This document shows positions 28,963 through 39,100 of a stretch of DNA of 64,000 nt, one piece after another. How positions within the stretch are numbered: position 1 is the first letter of the stretch; every line of letters begins with the position of its first letter. The notes below the pieces were generated by a model. It was not told the DNA's origin. It did not search any database and saw only the letters and a program-made list of their open reading frames with translations. Made by a program: the position numbers and the translations under genes. The stretch spans positions 67,871-131,870 of the forward strand of contig JAHFOO010000001.1 of the NCBI GenBank assembly GCA_023261645.1. The letters are read 5' to 3'. The stretch is from Candidatus Moraniibacteriota bacterium. Lineage in GTDB: Bacteria; Patescibacteriota; Minisyncoccia; Moranbacterales; UBA1568.

Positions 28963-30825
28963 ATGCCACAAGGAATTACTCTTCTCGATACTGAGACAGA
29001 AAAACCAGACGCTCCGAAAAAGAAAAGCGTACTGTCGATGTTTGGGCGTCCGGAAATGAGCGAGAGCGAAGCGCTTTATCAGCGAGGCATCACCACTATC
29101 CGTGATTTCATCGCTCCGCCAGCCATCAAACTCAGCCCCAATACGATGCAGATAGGAGGCGTGCTTTCTCGTACGTATTTTACCGTTGCGTATCCGAGAT
29201 TTCTTTCGACGAATTGGTTTTCGCCCATCATCAACATTGATTTTGCAATGGATACAGCTCTCTTCATCCATCCGATCGATACGGCAGAAATCCTGAAGAA
29301 TCTCCGAAAATCGTCGACACAAGTACAGTCGCAGATGCATATCGAATCAGACGGAGGAAAAATCAGCGACCCTGTCTTGGAGACTGCACTCCAAGACATT
29401 GAGTCTCTGCGTACCAATCTCCAGCAAGGAACGGAGAAATTTTTCCGCTTCGGTCTGTATATGACAGTCTATGGGAACGATGAGAAAGATCTGAGTGACA
29501 AATGTCAATTGATAGAAGCCATTCTGGAAGCACAGCTCGTCTATGCGAAACCGGCCGTGATGCGTATGGACCAGGGGTTTGCCGCGACGCGCCCTCTCGC
29601 CACCGATACGCTCGATGTGGCGAACAATTTGAATACCGAACCGCTTTCGACGACATTTCCATTCGTTTCTTCCGATCTCTCTTCGAATGAGGGTATTTTG
29701 TATGGTATCAATAGACACAACAACAGTCTGATATTGTTCGATCGCTTCAAAATGGAAAACGCCAATATGGTGGTATTTGCCAAGTCCGGTGCTGGAAAAA
29801 GTTATACGGTGAAATTGGAGGTGCTCCGTTCGATGATGTTCGGAGCGAGTGTCATCATTATCGATCCTGAGAATGAATACAAGCATCTCTGTGATGCTGT
29901 CGGAGGCACGTTTTTGAAGATTTCACTTTCTTCAGAGGTCCATCTCAATCCTTTCGACTTGCCGACAAAGATAGGCGAACAAGAAGGAGCTGATATTTTC
30001 CGTAATACCGTAGCAAACCTGATAGGATTGCTCCATCTGATGCTCGGATCCATCACACCGGAAGAAGATTCCATCATTGATCGAGCTATCCGTGAGACCT
30101 ATGCCATCCGAGATATCACAGAATCGAGTGACTTCACTGTCTTGACCGCTTCTTCATTTCCGACGATGTCCGATCTCTACGCCGTACTTGAAAATATGGA
30201 AGGAGCAGAATCATTGGCCTCTCGTCTCGAACGCTACACCGAGGGTATCTTCGGCGGATTCCTCAACAAGCAGACCAATATAGAGGTAGACAATCAGTTG
30301 GTAGTATTCAACATCCGCGATTTGGAAGACGAACTCCGTCCGATCGCTATGTACATCATCCTGCAGTTCATCTGGAATGAAATCCGCACACATATGAAGA
30401 AGCGTGTCATTGTCGTCGATGAAGCGTGGGTGATGATGCAACACGAAGAAGCTGCTACTTTCCTCTTTGGTATCGCCAAGCGTTGTCGAAAATATTACAC
30501 CGGCCTTACGACTATCACGCAGGACATCGGCGACTTCGCTTCTTCACGTCACGGCAAACCGATCATTACAAACTCTTCGATGCAACTTCTGCTCCGTCAG
30601 TCACCGTCATCGATTGATTTGGTAGCAGAGACGTTCTATCTGACGGATCACGAGAAATTCCTCTTGCTCGAGAGCAATGTCGGAGAGGGGATTTTCTTCG
30701 CCGGATCCAAACACGCCGCCATCAAAGTTGTGGCTTCATACAGCGAAGACCAGATCATCACATCCGATCCGCGTCAACTGCTCGAAATTGAACAAGCCAA
30801 GGCAGATTTTGATGCGGGGAAGTAA
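28963..30825 (+). CDS. virB4: VirB4-like type IV secretion ATPase
   Basis: Walker A AKSGAGKS, IIDPENEY, VVDEAW, RKY...TTITQ. Confidence 0.9.
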   Translation: MPQGITLLDTETEKPDAPKKKSVLSMFGRPEMSESEALYQRGITTIRDFIAPPAIKLSPNTMQIGGVLSRTYFTVAYPRFLSTNWFSPIINIDFAMDTALFIHPIDTAEILKNLRKSSTQVQSQMHIESDGGKISDPVLETALQDIESLRTNLQQGTEKFFRFGLYMTVYGNDEKDLSDKCQLIEAILEAQLVYAKPAVMRMDQGFAATRPLATDTLDVANNLNTEPLSTTFPFVSSDLSSNEGILYGINRHNNSLILFDRFKMENANMVVFAKSGAGKSYTVKLEVLRSMMFGASVIIIDPENEYKHLCDAVGGTFLKISLSSEVHLNPFDLPTKIGEQEGADIFRNTVANLIGLLHLMLGSITPEEDSIIDRAIRETYAIRDITESSDFTVLTASSFPTMSDLYAVLENMEGAESLASRLERYTEGIFGGFLNKQTNIEVDNQLVVFNIRDLEDELRPIAMYIILQFIWNEIRTHMKKRVIVVDEAWVMMQHEEAATFLFGIAKRCRKYYTGLTTITQDIGDFASSRHGKPIITNSSMQLLLRQSPSSIDLVAETFYLTDHEKFLLLESNVGEGIFFAGSKHAAIKVVASYSEDQIITSDPRQLLEIEQAKADFDAGK

Positions 30826-30848
30826 CGAATCGATTAAATCGTACGGAT

Positions 30849-31325
30849 ATGGCATCGAGGACAGGCATCGAGAGAACGAAGTTTACTGGAGAAAAACCAT
30901 CGCTCTTTTTGTACGGAGGAGTCGGGATGATTGCTCTCCTCAAGGATTTGCTCGATCTTGTCGGCATCGGTTCTTTGCCGGCCATAGGGACGATTGTCAC
31001 GATTTGTTTCACATTTCTTATCTGGATCCTTCTCTCGGTTTTTGACAGATCTTCCAGAGGGACGAGGAGCAATATGCAGGTGACGCGCGGTTTGGTGGTC
31101 ATATTCTTTGGAATGGTTGAGGCGCTCGGTTTCGGGCTCAATTTCCTCCCTATCGAGACGGCAATGGTGTTCGTACTGTACATTTCGGCAAGGAAAGCCT
31201 GGAAAGAAGCGAAGGAAGAGGCTGAAAAAGAAGGTATTTCTTCAAAATCACAACTCCGGCAAGAGCGTCTGCAAGCAGTCCGTCAAGCCAAAGCAGAGGC
31301 ACGAGCGGTGGAGGGAGCAGAATAA
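30849..31325 (+). CDS. Hypothetical membrane protein
   Basis: Several hydrophobic segments and charged C-terminus. Confidence 0.7.
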   Translation: MASRTGIERTKFTGEKPSLFLYGGVGMIALLKDLLDLVGIGSLPAIGTIVTICFTFLIWILLSVFDRSSRGTRSNMQVTRGLVVIFFGMVEALGFGLNFLPIETAMVFVLYISARKAWKEAKEEAEKEGISSKSQLRQERLQAVRQAKAEARAVEGAE

Positions 31326-31353
31326 AAAATAAGGAGAATGAATTCGTAATCAT

Positions 31354-32010
31354 ATGCTCAGAATACTTTCGATGTATCGGCGATTCATTGTCACGGGGAT
31401 GCTCGTGTTCTTTTCATTGGGATTTCTCATCTTTTTCACCGAGAGCGATGCTCTCAGCCCTGTGCTTCAGAAATTCATCGTCAGCATCGTTTTCTTCTTG
31501 GTAATTCCTCTTTTGTATAGTAAAATAGTGTTAAGTGAGTCCTTAAAAAATCTCGGTTTTCAGAAAGGAAATTTCGGGGCAGGCGTCTTCACGGGCCTCC
31601 TCTCTGTTGCTTTGGCAGGCGGAGTAGTCGTGTGGCTTGCGCTTTCTTTCCCGTCTTTCCACGAGCAGTATACTCTCCCTGCCTCAGTCGAGAACAGTTT
31701 TCTCTGGTTCGTATTCTATGAGCTGGTACTGGTTTCTCTTTCCGTGCTCCTGTATGAAGTATTTTTCCGCGGATTAGTGGAATTGTTCTGGTTACGGGAG
31801 TTCAAATGGTGGTCCATCCTCATTCAGGCCGTACTTTTCTTCGGACTACTTGCCTTGAGTCGGAGTATTTCCTGGCAGATGGTACCACTTCTCATTTTTT
31901 GTCCACTTTCAGGGCTGATTGCTTACCGTTCGAAGTCCATCTGGTATTCCGTCGTAGCGAGCTGGATATTTCTTTTTTTGACTGATGTTTTCTTCCTCAT
32001 TTATCGTTAA
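31354..32010 (+). CDS. CPBP/Abi (CAAX-like) intramembrane protease family, motif partly degenerate
   Basis: LKNLGF, YEVFFRG, AYRSKSIW. Confidence 0.7.
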   Translation: MLRILSMYRRFIVTGMLVFFSLGFLIFFTESDALSPVLQKFIVSIVFFLVIPLLYSKIVLSESLKNLGFQKGNFGAGVFTGLLSVALAGGVVVWLALSFPSFHEQYTLPASVENSFLWFVFYELVLVSLSVLLYEVFFRGLVELFWLREFKWWSILIQAVLFFGLLALSRSISWQMVPLLIFCPLSGLIAYRSKSIWYSVVASWIFLFLTDVFFLIYR

Positions 32011-32041
32011 ATATCAATAATTCAAAGTAGCACATCCGGGT

Positions 32042-34588
32042 ATGCAACTTTATCAGAAAAAACAAAACAGAGTTTTCGCACTTGTTCTGGCTTTCGGTTT
32101 CTTTCTTACGAGCGCTTCTTCTGTTTCGGCAGAACTTTTCCCGAGTGATATTCCTGCTATTCCTTCGCCGGATGATGTGATGGCTGCGATAGAGGCGAGA
32201 TATCACCTGAATAAGGAGTCTCTGCAGAATCAGGGAGAAAATATGAACGTTTCCAGTACCAAAGGCTACGCTCCGGAGGTCTCTCTTTTTTTCAGTCCGA
32301 GCGATCCGAAAGAAGGTGAGAAAATTACTGCGAAAGCCTACCCTATTTATTTTTCCAATGCTGAAGCATCGATGTATTATACCTGGTATCTCAAGCATAA
32401 GGGTTGTGACGAGGATAACAGTCCGAGTGCCGGAAAGAAAGCTCTTTGTGATGCGGATAATAATGGGAAAATCACTGTCGAGGATTGGAAAGTCGAAGCG
32501 GAGAGGATACTGGCTCAGAATGGATACGACAATAAGACAGCTGATTATAGCAGTGATCCGAACGACAATGATGATTATTTTGCCCATTTCGGCGGAGATA
32601 CCAAGGTGAACACGCCGAGTTATTGTTATGTTCACGACAACGATACGGGACTCAATCACGAGCTGATAAAAACTGATGAAAGTTCTGATTGCAACCATCT
32701 TTTTCCGAATGCCGATAGTGAGACGACCGGCGATGGGAAATTCAAAGTAGGTGAAGAGAAATTTTGGGGGACCAACCCTGCTGATCCGAGTACGGCAAAC
32801 AATGGAAACAAAGATGAGGCCAATGTGGCCGGACTCGGTCAATCAGGATTTACGTGGAATTATCTCATCGGAGACGAGGTGGGTGTCGCTGTCGAAGGGA
32901 CATCGCTCTACACGACCAAATATGATGATTCTTCCGCTATGATTATGTGGGCTTTCCCCAAGAAAGACTGCAAACCGAAAAACATCGGATCAAAAACAGT
33001 GACGGTAAAGGGGTATTCATTTGAGATACCGACAGCCAAGATGGATCTCAATGATTGTATTCCGGACAATCTGATCGATCCTACCAAAGGTGGTCAGGCG
33101 ACGAATCTGAGCGTGAGTGTGACGGCTACTCCCAATGATCCCATCAATGATTCCGGAGATGATAAGAGCGGGGATACCATCATCGCTCAGGCGACCGTAG
33201 ACAATAGTGGACAGAATCTGACAAACATATCTTTTGGGTGGAAGGTTTTCATAAGCGACAATATTCCGGCGTTTGCGAACAACAAGGCAACAGAAATAAC
33301 AGACGATCTGCGTGATTTGGGACTTTTGGGCAATACCAGAGGAAACGCTCTCGACAGCATCAAACTGAAACTCGATATCAAGGATGATGGCACGGTGAAG
33401 CTCGGAGGAAAACGGTTGTCAGACTATCTCACTTCCGGTACTGGGTACCTCAAATTTCAAGCCAATGCGGAGGAGAATTTCTCCGGTGTCATCACTCGCA
33501 AGGGCAGTAGCGATGTCATCGTCAAATTCACTTCTTCGAAGGACATCATCACCGCGTACAAGGTGAATGCCGCGCTGGCCGATGATACGATGAAAGTTTC
33601 ACTTGATACGTCTTTCGGCGGGAAAATCTGTGATACTGATCCCTTGGAACGTACGGTCTGTCGCGTCATCAAAAATGAGATTGTCGGACTGAAGGTCAAT
33701 AGTGCGGGTCTGACAAACTTCAATTGGACCATCAATGGCACACCGCTCCTCTGTACGGCGAGAGTTTCGAGTGATTGCGCGGTAATTGCAAACAATAAAG
33801 CTGTCGACAAAGATGCGCAAGGCAACATAAACTATTTCCCCGTGACAGGCAATGTCGGTGACACCTATACGGTCACTCTGACAGCCAACGACGTGGCGAC
33901 AGGGAAAATAATCACGCTGACACGCGCTTTCAACGTCGTCAATCCGAGAGTCATCATAGAGTCTGTTGATAAGTCAGTTGCTTGGAAGAAATTCTTGGGA
34001 CAGTACAAGGATGTATCGGGATCGATCAATCCGCTTACGGGTCAGCTCACTTGTCCTGGCGGTTTCTGTGATGATTTGAGCGAATCGATCTTCCAAACCT
34101 ATTCCGGTAGTACTCCTGTTTTCAAATCCACATTCATTCCTGGATTTCTCGGAAGTCTCGCTACCAAGGAATGGTCTGTTGATGGCGAAGCGAAGACTGA
34201 AAGCAATACGGGAGAGATCAATTTTCTTGCCGATAAAGACGTTTCGGGAATATACACCGTGAATTTGCTTGCACAAGTCGTACAGCCTGAAAATATCCGG
34301 CGCGCTTTGCTCGATATCTGGGGCATCACACAGTTTGAATCTTCGGAAATCAATTTCGCATCCACTGTCCAGGTGGAAATCCAGACACCGCTTCTCATCG
34401 AAGGACCTCTCAGTGGCCCACGCAAATATTATGCTGCCATCGCCTCGTATATTCCCGCTTCGGTACTCTTCACGTTCCGTATTTTCCTCAGTGCCGTACT
34501 GACTATCTTCACACTCAGTTTCCTCTACTCGCTCCTCGAAGAGCGTCGTATCAAAACATTTGTCGAGAACTTCTCCCGCAAACAGTGA
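32042..34588 (+). CDS. Secreted, C-terminally anchored surface protein (848 aa)
   Basis: Signal peptide (SVSA), beta-rich Cys/Asp-rich body, C-terminal TM. Confidence 0.8.
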   Translation: MQLYQKKQNRVFALVLAFGFFLTSASSVSAELFPSDIPAIPSPDDVMAAIEARYHLNKESLQNQGENMNVSSTKGYAPEVSLFFSPSDPKEGEKITAKAYPIYFSNAEASMYYTWYLKHKGCDEDNSPSAGKKALCDADNNGKITVEDWKVEAERILAQNGYDNKTADYSSDPNDNDDYFAHFGGDTKVNTPSYCYVHDNDTGLNHELIKTDESSDCNHLFPNADSETTGDGKFKVGEEKFWGTNPADPSTANNGNKDEANVAGLGQSGFTWNYLIGDEVGVAVEGTSLYTTKYDDSSAMIMWAFPKKDCKPKNIGSKTVTVKGYSFEIPTAKMDLNDCIPDNLIDPTKGGQATNLSVSVTATPNDPINDSGDDKSGDTIIAQATVDNSGQNLTNISFGWKVFISDNIPAFANNKATEITDDLRDLGLLGNTRGNALDSIKLKLDIKDDGTVKLGGKRLSDYLTSGTGYLKFQANAEENFSGVITRKGSSDVIVKFTSSKDIITAYKVNAALADDTMKVSLDTSFGGKICDTDPLERTVCRVIKNEIVGLKVNSAGLTNFNWTINGTPLLCTARVSSDCAVIANNKAVDKDAQGNINYFPVTGNVGDTYTVTLTANDVATGKIITLTRAFNVVNPRVIIESVDKSVAWKKFLGQYKDVSGSINPLTGQLTCPGGFCDDLSESIFQTYSGSTPVFKSTFIPGFLGSLATKEWSVDGEAKTESNTGEINFLADKDVSGIYTVNLLAQVVQPENIRRALLDIWGITQFESSEINFASTVQVEIQTPLLIEGPLSGPRKYYAAIASYIPASVLFTFRIFLSAVLTIFTLSFLYSLLEERRIKTFVENFSRKQ

Positions 34589-34593
34589 CAAGG

Positions 34594-34629
34594 CCTGCCC
34601 GAAACGCTTCGCGTATCGATGCGGGCGGG
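34594..34629. repeat. 36-bp REP-like palindrome
   Basis: CCTGCCCGAAACGCTTCGCGTATCGATGCGGGCGGG. Confidence 0.85.
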
Positions 34630-34630
34630 C

Positions 34631-34659
34631 TTTACAAAAGGGCAAAAAACTGCTATAAT
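34631..34659 (+). promoter_or_regulatory. sigma70 promoter
   Basis: TTTACA-17-TATAAT with extended -10 TG. Confidence 0.7.
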
Positions 34660-34773
34660 GGTTCTATAGAGGCTTGAAATAGCCACAAAGGGACAAACGG
34701 GTGCTTGTCACTGTCGCCAAGGGCGAGGTGATGAACCCGTTTTCTTTTTTTTGTCTCATATATTACTTGAGAT

Positions 34774-35766
34774 ATGCCAAAAAAAACATACAATACATTT
34801 CGTTCAAAAATGGCTCTCGTCAGCCTTTTTCTGGTGTCCGGATTCTTGTCTTCTTTTCTTTTTATCTATACGGTACAGGCAGATGGTATTTCGGAATCCG
34901 AAGTGATTGCTCTCACGAACAATGCTCGCGTCAAAGAGGGCCTCGATCCGCTTGTTTCCAATACAAAACTGGCTATTGCAGCCAGAAACAAGGCCGAGGA
35001 TATGCTCAAAAATGATTATTTCGCCCATACCTCTCCAAAAGGGGTAGATCCGTGGTATTGGATCAAACAAGCAGGCTACGAGTACAAGTATGCCGGAGAA
35101 AATCTGGCCATCAACTATACCAGTGCCAAAGAACAACAGAGTGCCTGGATGAAGAGCCCCACCCATCGTGCCAATATACTGAATACCCATTATCGAGAAA
35201 TAGGCGTGGCGACTGTGGAAGGAAAAATAGATGGAGAGACCTCTCTCATCACAGTGGCACTCTTTGGTACGCAGATGCAGATGATAGGAGACAAAAGCAC
35301 TGCTGTCACTCCGCCAGTCGTACAACCGGCCGAAATGATCGTTCCGGAAGTGAAAGGAACAGAGACTGTCGTCGCTCCTCTTCCGATACCGCTTGTTCCG
35401 CAAGAAGTGGAGGCTGTCGTTTCAAACGATACTTCACAATCACTCTCACAGATAGAGACGTACACGAAGACGATGACAGCTGTCATTTCAGGACAACTGC
35501 ACCGCTTACAGGCACGATTACATACCGTACGATTGGACGAAGTCACTCAAATGACTGCCATAGCCTTCCTGATGCTGGCTGTTCTCCTCAGTCCCATCGC
35601 TTTCCTCTACAAGGCTGTGGAACTGATTATCCAGTCTGTACAAGAGAGAGATATGCACCGAGGAGAGGTATCGGTTCCGATAGTCCTGCTCCAGTCACCC
35701 CTCGAAAGTATTCATCAAAATATCAAATCAGGATCATCTCTGATGCACGATATCCGGCCTGGATGA
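34774..35766 (+). CDS. CAP (SCP-like) domain membrane protein
   Basis: LTNNAR, YFAHTSP, AGENLA, WMKSPTHRANIL. Confidence 0.9.
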   Translation: MPKKTYNTFRSKMALVSLFLVSGFLSSFLFIYTVQADGISESEVIALTNNARVKEGLDPLVSNTKLAIAARNKAEDMLKNDYFAHTSPKGVDPWYWIKQAGYEYKYAGENLAINYTSAKEQQSAWMKSPTHRANILNTHYREIGVATVEGKIDGETSLITVALFGTQMQMIGDKSTAVTPPVVQPAEMIVPEVKGTETVVAPLPIPLVPQEVEAVVSNDTSQSLSQIETYTKTMTAVISGQLHRLQARLHTVRLDEVTQMTAIAFLMLAVLLSPIAFLYKAVELIIQSVQERDMHRGEVSVPIVLLQSPLESIHQNIKSGSSLMHDIRPG

Positions 35767-35795
35767 GCCAAGAAGTAGATGAACTTTCTGAAAAC

Positions 35796-35830
35796 AAGAA
35801 ACAGAACACGAAAGATGTTCTGTTTTTTTT
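35796..35830 (+). terminator. Intrinsic terminator
   Basis: AAACAGAACAC-GAAA-GATGTTCTGTTTTTTT. Confidence 0.75.
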
Positions 35831-36115
35831 TCATAATACGCCACAAATGAGCTCATAGCGTGAAAAATGAGAACTCTTGACAAAAAATAGGGCAGGTATA
35901 TTCTACCGGTAAAGAACAAATGAAGTCATTTACTTTGGAGAAAGCTTCCAAGGGAGGTGAAAAACAAAAAACTTTATTCGAAATAAAAAGACAAGTATCT
36001 ATTGAAAGTTGAAAAGCGGTATAAATAGTCCTGGAAATCTGCAAGCGACTGTTCTCATTCTCCATCCCACCTGAAATAATTTATTTATTTATTCGTTATT
36101 CTTAATACAATCAGT

Positions 36116-39100
36116 ATGAAGTCTTTGACTCGATGGGTGAGGCGGTCAATGTGGAGGTCGTTGCATAAAAGTTTCAATGTAGTGGTCATTATGGCGCTTT
36201 TGCTCCAGCCCGTCGGAACGGTGGGCGTGTACGGAGCTTTTTCTTTTTCTCGAGGTGTGCCGATAGCGACAGCCGTTGAGACAGAACCGGCGACTCCTGT
36301 TGTGGATGCTCCGGCCGATGTGACACCTCCCAAAGAGGATAGAGTCACACCGGTTGAAGAAACAAAGCCAGTGGTAGAAAAAAAGACTACTCCTGCTGAT
36401 ACGCCTCCAGTTACAATGGCTTCTCCTGTAATAACTCCTACTGAGATTCCTGCTTCGGTACCCTCCATCAGTGATACAGGGGCTTCGACTGAAAATACTG
36501 GTATTTCCTCTCTCTCTGCTACGACCGAAGGAACGTCTGTAACGAGCCAAAATACATCACCAACAGACGGAGTCGTGCCTCCTGTCGATACAACTGTTGT
36601 CGCGCCTGCTGATCCGGTGATAACGACACCCGAAGCTTCAGTCCCACCGAAAGAAACCTGGGTCACGGATGGGAACAAATCAGTTACCAATGACTCTGTA
36701 GAAAAAGGCAAAACCTATGTCGCTCCGCAAAATGATCAAGTCACCGTGACTTTCACAAAACTTCCAGAAAAAGCAGGCACACTTTCTATCGAGGAGATCA
36801 CTTTGACTGATGAGCAAATGTCATCTCTTGGTGCTCTTTCAAACAAGGCTTATGATATCACTTCTGATATGGCTGATGGAACGTTTGCGTATGAGCTGAC
36901 TTTACCGAAAGCAGAGAGTGAAAAAAATGTACAAATAAAATTTGCAGAAGATACAGCCGGACTCAAGAATGCCGAGACTGTACCGAGCGATGATGTGAAA
37001 ACAAAGAATACTTCGGTGAATGTGACATTGGACCACTTCACCATCTTCGTCGTGGTGAATCCGAATACGCAACCGAACTGCGATGCGGTCTCGTTGGGTA
37101 CTACTATAGGTACGACTTGCTTCAATACTGTGTCGGCTGCCATAGCTGCAGCGGTGAGTAATGATACGATAAAAGTCGCAAACGGCGCATACTTCGAGAC
37201 AGGATTGATCATTCCTAGTACCAAATCAGGTCTCACGATCGAAGGTCAGTCAAAAGCAGGAACAACCATCCATACGACCGCAGATTGGGGTTTTGATATC
37301 CAGGCAGACAATACGACACTGAAAAATTTGACGCTCGTTGATGACTCAACTAATGCTGGTTATCATGTCAAAGTCTACAATCTGAATGGATTCACCTTCC
37401 AAGATATTGCTATGACTGGTTTCAGCTTTGGAACTGGGGTGAAGCGCGGTGGGCTTGATCTGAATTCTGTCAAAAATTCATCGATCAAGGATGTGACTAT
37501 TGGTGGGTATTACAAAAACGGATATGCTATCACTTCGGTTTGTAATACAACAAACACATCAAGCAATGCTGTTCTCGAAAATGTCGGAGTCAGCAATGTT
37601 GGCTGGAATGGTTTCGCCTTTCAGCTCGCTTCTGGTCCGAGCTGTTCGCCGGCCGGCTCAGCCATAACTGGCGTTGAGTTTCAGGGTACTAACTCGGTAT
37701 TGAATACCGGTCAGTTTGGAGTTTTTGTCGAAGGAACAGCAGCGATTGGTATCTCTTCCCCGAGCAGTGGCCCTGTAGATTTGGGCACTTTTAACTTCGT
37801 CGGACCTTTTGGTTTTGGCTATATCGGCAATCAGCAAAAAAATAACCTCAGTGCGTTGCAAGCAAATTTTGATGGTGATACCAATCCTGACACGATTGAG
37901 ACCAAGATTTTCCATGATTGCGTCAATTCACCCTATCCGCACGGTGCGTGCAACGGAGTGTCTGATCTGTCATCCGGATATGGCAGTGTGGATTATGCTC
38001 GTGTCACATTGGAAGAAGACAAGGTGAATATCTGTCATGCGACGAGTTCTTCGAGCAATCCTTACACTTCGAACAGCGTGAGCATCAACTCGGTGAGTAA
38101 ATGTCTCGATGCGAACGGTCACGGAAATCATACTGGTGATATCATTCCGTCCTATACTACGGCAAATTGTTTCTATCCGGGAAAAAATTGGGATGTTGCA
38201 GGGCAGGCTATCTGGAACAATCAATGCGAACCTGTTGCTGTCGCACCTTCTTGCGGTGACGGCGTAGTCAATAATAATGAAGCGTGCGATTATGGTACGC
38301 TCAATGGTTCGTCAACTTGTTCCGGGAGTTGTCAGTGGAATGCTGCTCCGGTATGCTCGGTAGACTCGACGAATGTCACCAATGGAGAATTTGAAATACC
38401 GGATGTGACCAATGGGGCTCAGTGGGATATTTTCAACAATTCACAGGTACCCGGCTGGACGGCAGCATGGTATGGCGGAGCCTCAACCTTCGGCGAAGTC
38501 AATCGTCCGGATCCGAAGATTGAAATCCACAGTGGCGTGAATGGTTGGACAACCGGTTCCGACCAGTACGTCGAGCTCGATAGTGACTGGGACGGTCCGG
38601 CAGGCAGTCTGAACGGTGAGCCGGCCTCTATCGCTCTGTCGCAGACTATCCCGACGATTGTGGGCAATGAATATACGATTTCTTTCGACTATGCCGCGCG
38701 TCCCAATCATAATGACAATCGTCTCTCGTTCAAGGTGAACGGAAGCGAGAAGTTTGATAGTGGGAACATGGTTGGTGGCGGAAGCGTTTCTTGGCATACA
38801 CAGAGTTATACTTTTACAGCAACAGCAGGCACTTCCACGATACTGAGCTTTACGGAAACCGGCACCCCTGATTCTTATGGAATGTTTCTCGACAACGTCC
38901 GTATCGGATGCAGTGAAGCAGTCAAAGTTTGTGGTGATGGTAAGGTCAATCAGACAAGTGAACAATGTGATGGTACGGATGGAGTAACGGCAGGGATGTT
39001 CTGTTCCGCCAACTGTCAGCTCATTCCTCAGTATGATAGTCCTGGATTTTGTCCTACGGATAAACCTGTGAAGAAACTCATTGATACATACACTATCAGT

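Noticed and set aside
21626-30825. Integrative conjugative element (recombinase plus VirB4)
   Set aside because: The recombinase looks like housekeeping Xer; no relaxase, coupling protein, att repeats or clear composition shift seen
35773-35787. 15-nt match (AAGTAGATGAACTTT) to the 5' end of the candidate ncRNA
   Set aside because: Single short match that diverges within the boxA-like core and lies just before a terminator; may be chance
35052-35858. 268-aa overlapping ORF
   Set aside because: Alternate frame of the CAP gene; Arg/Ser-rich with no motifs
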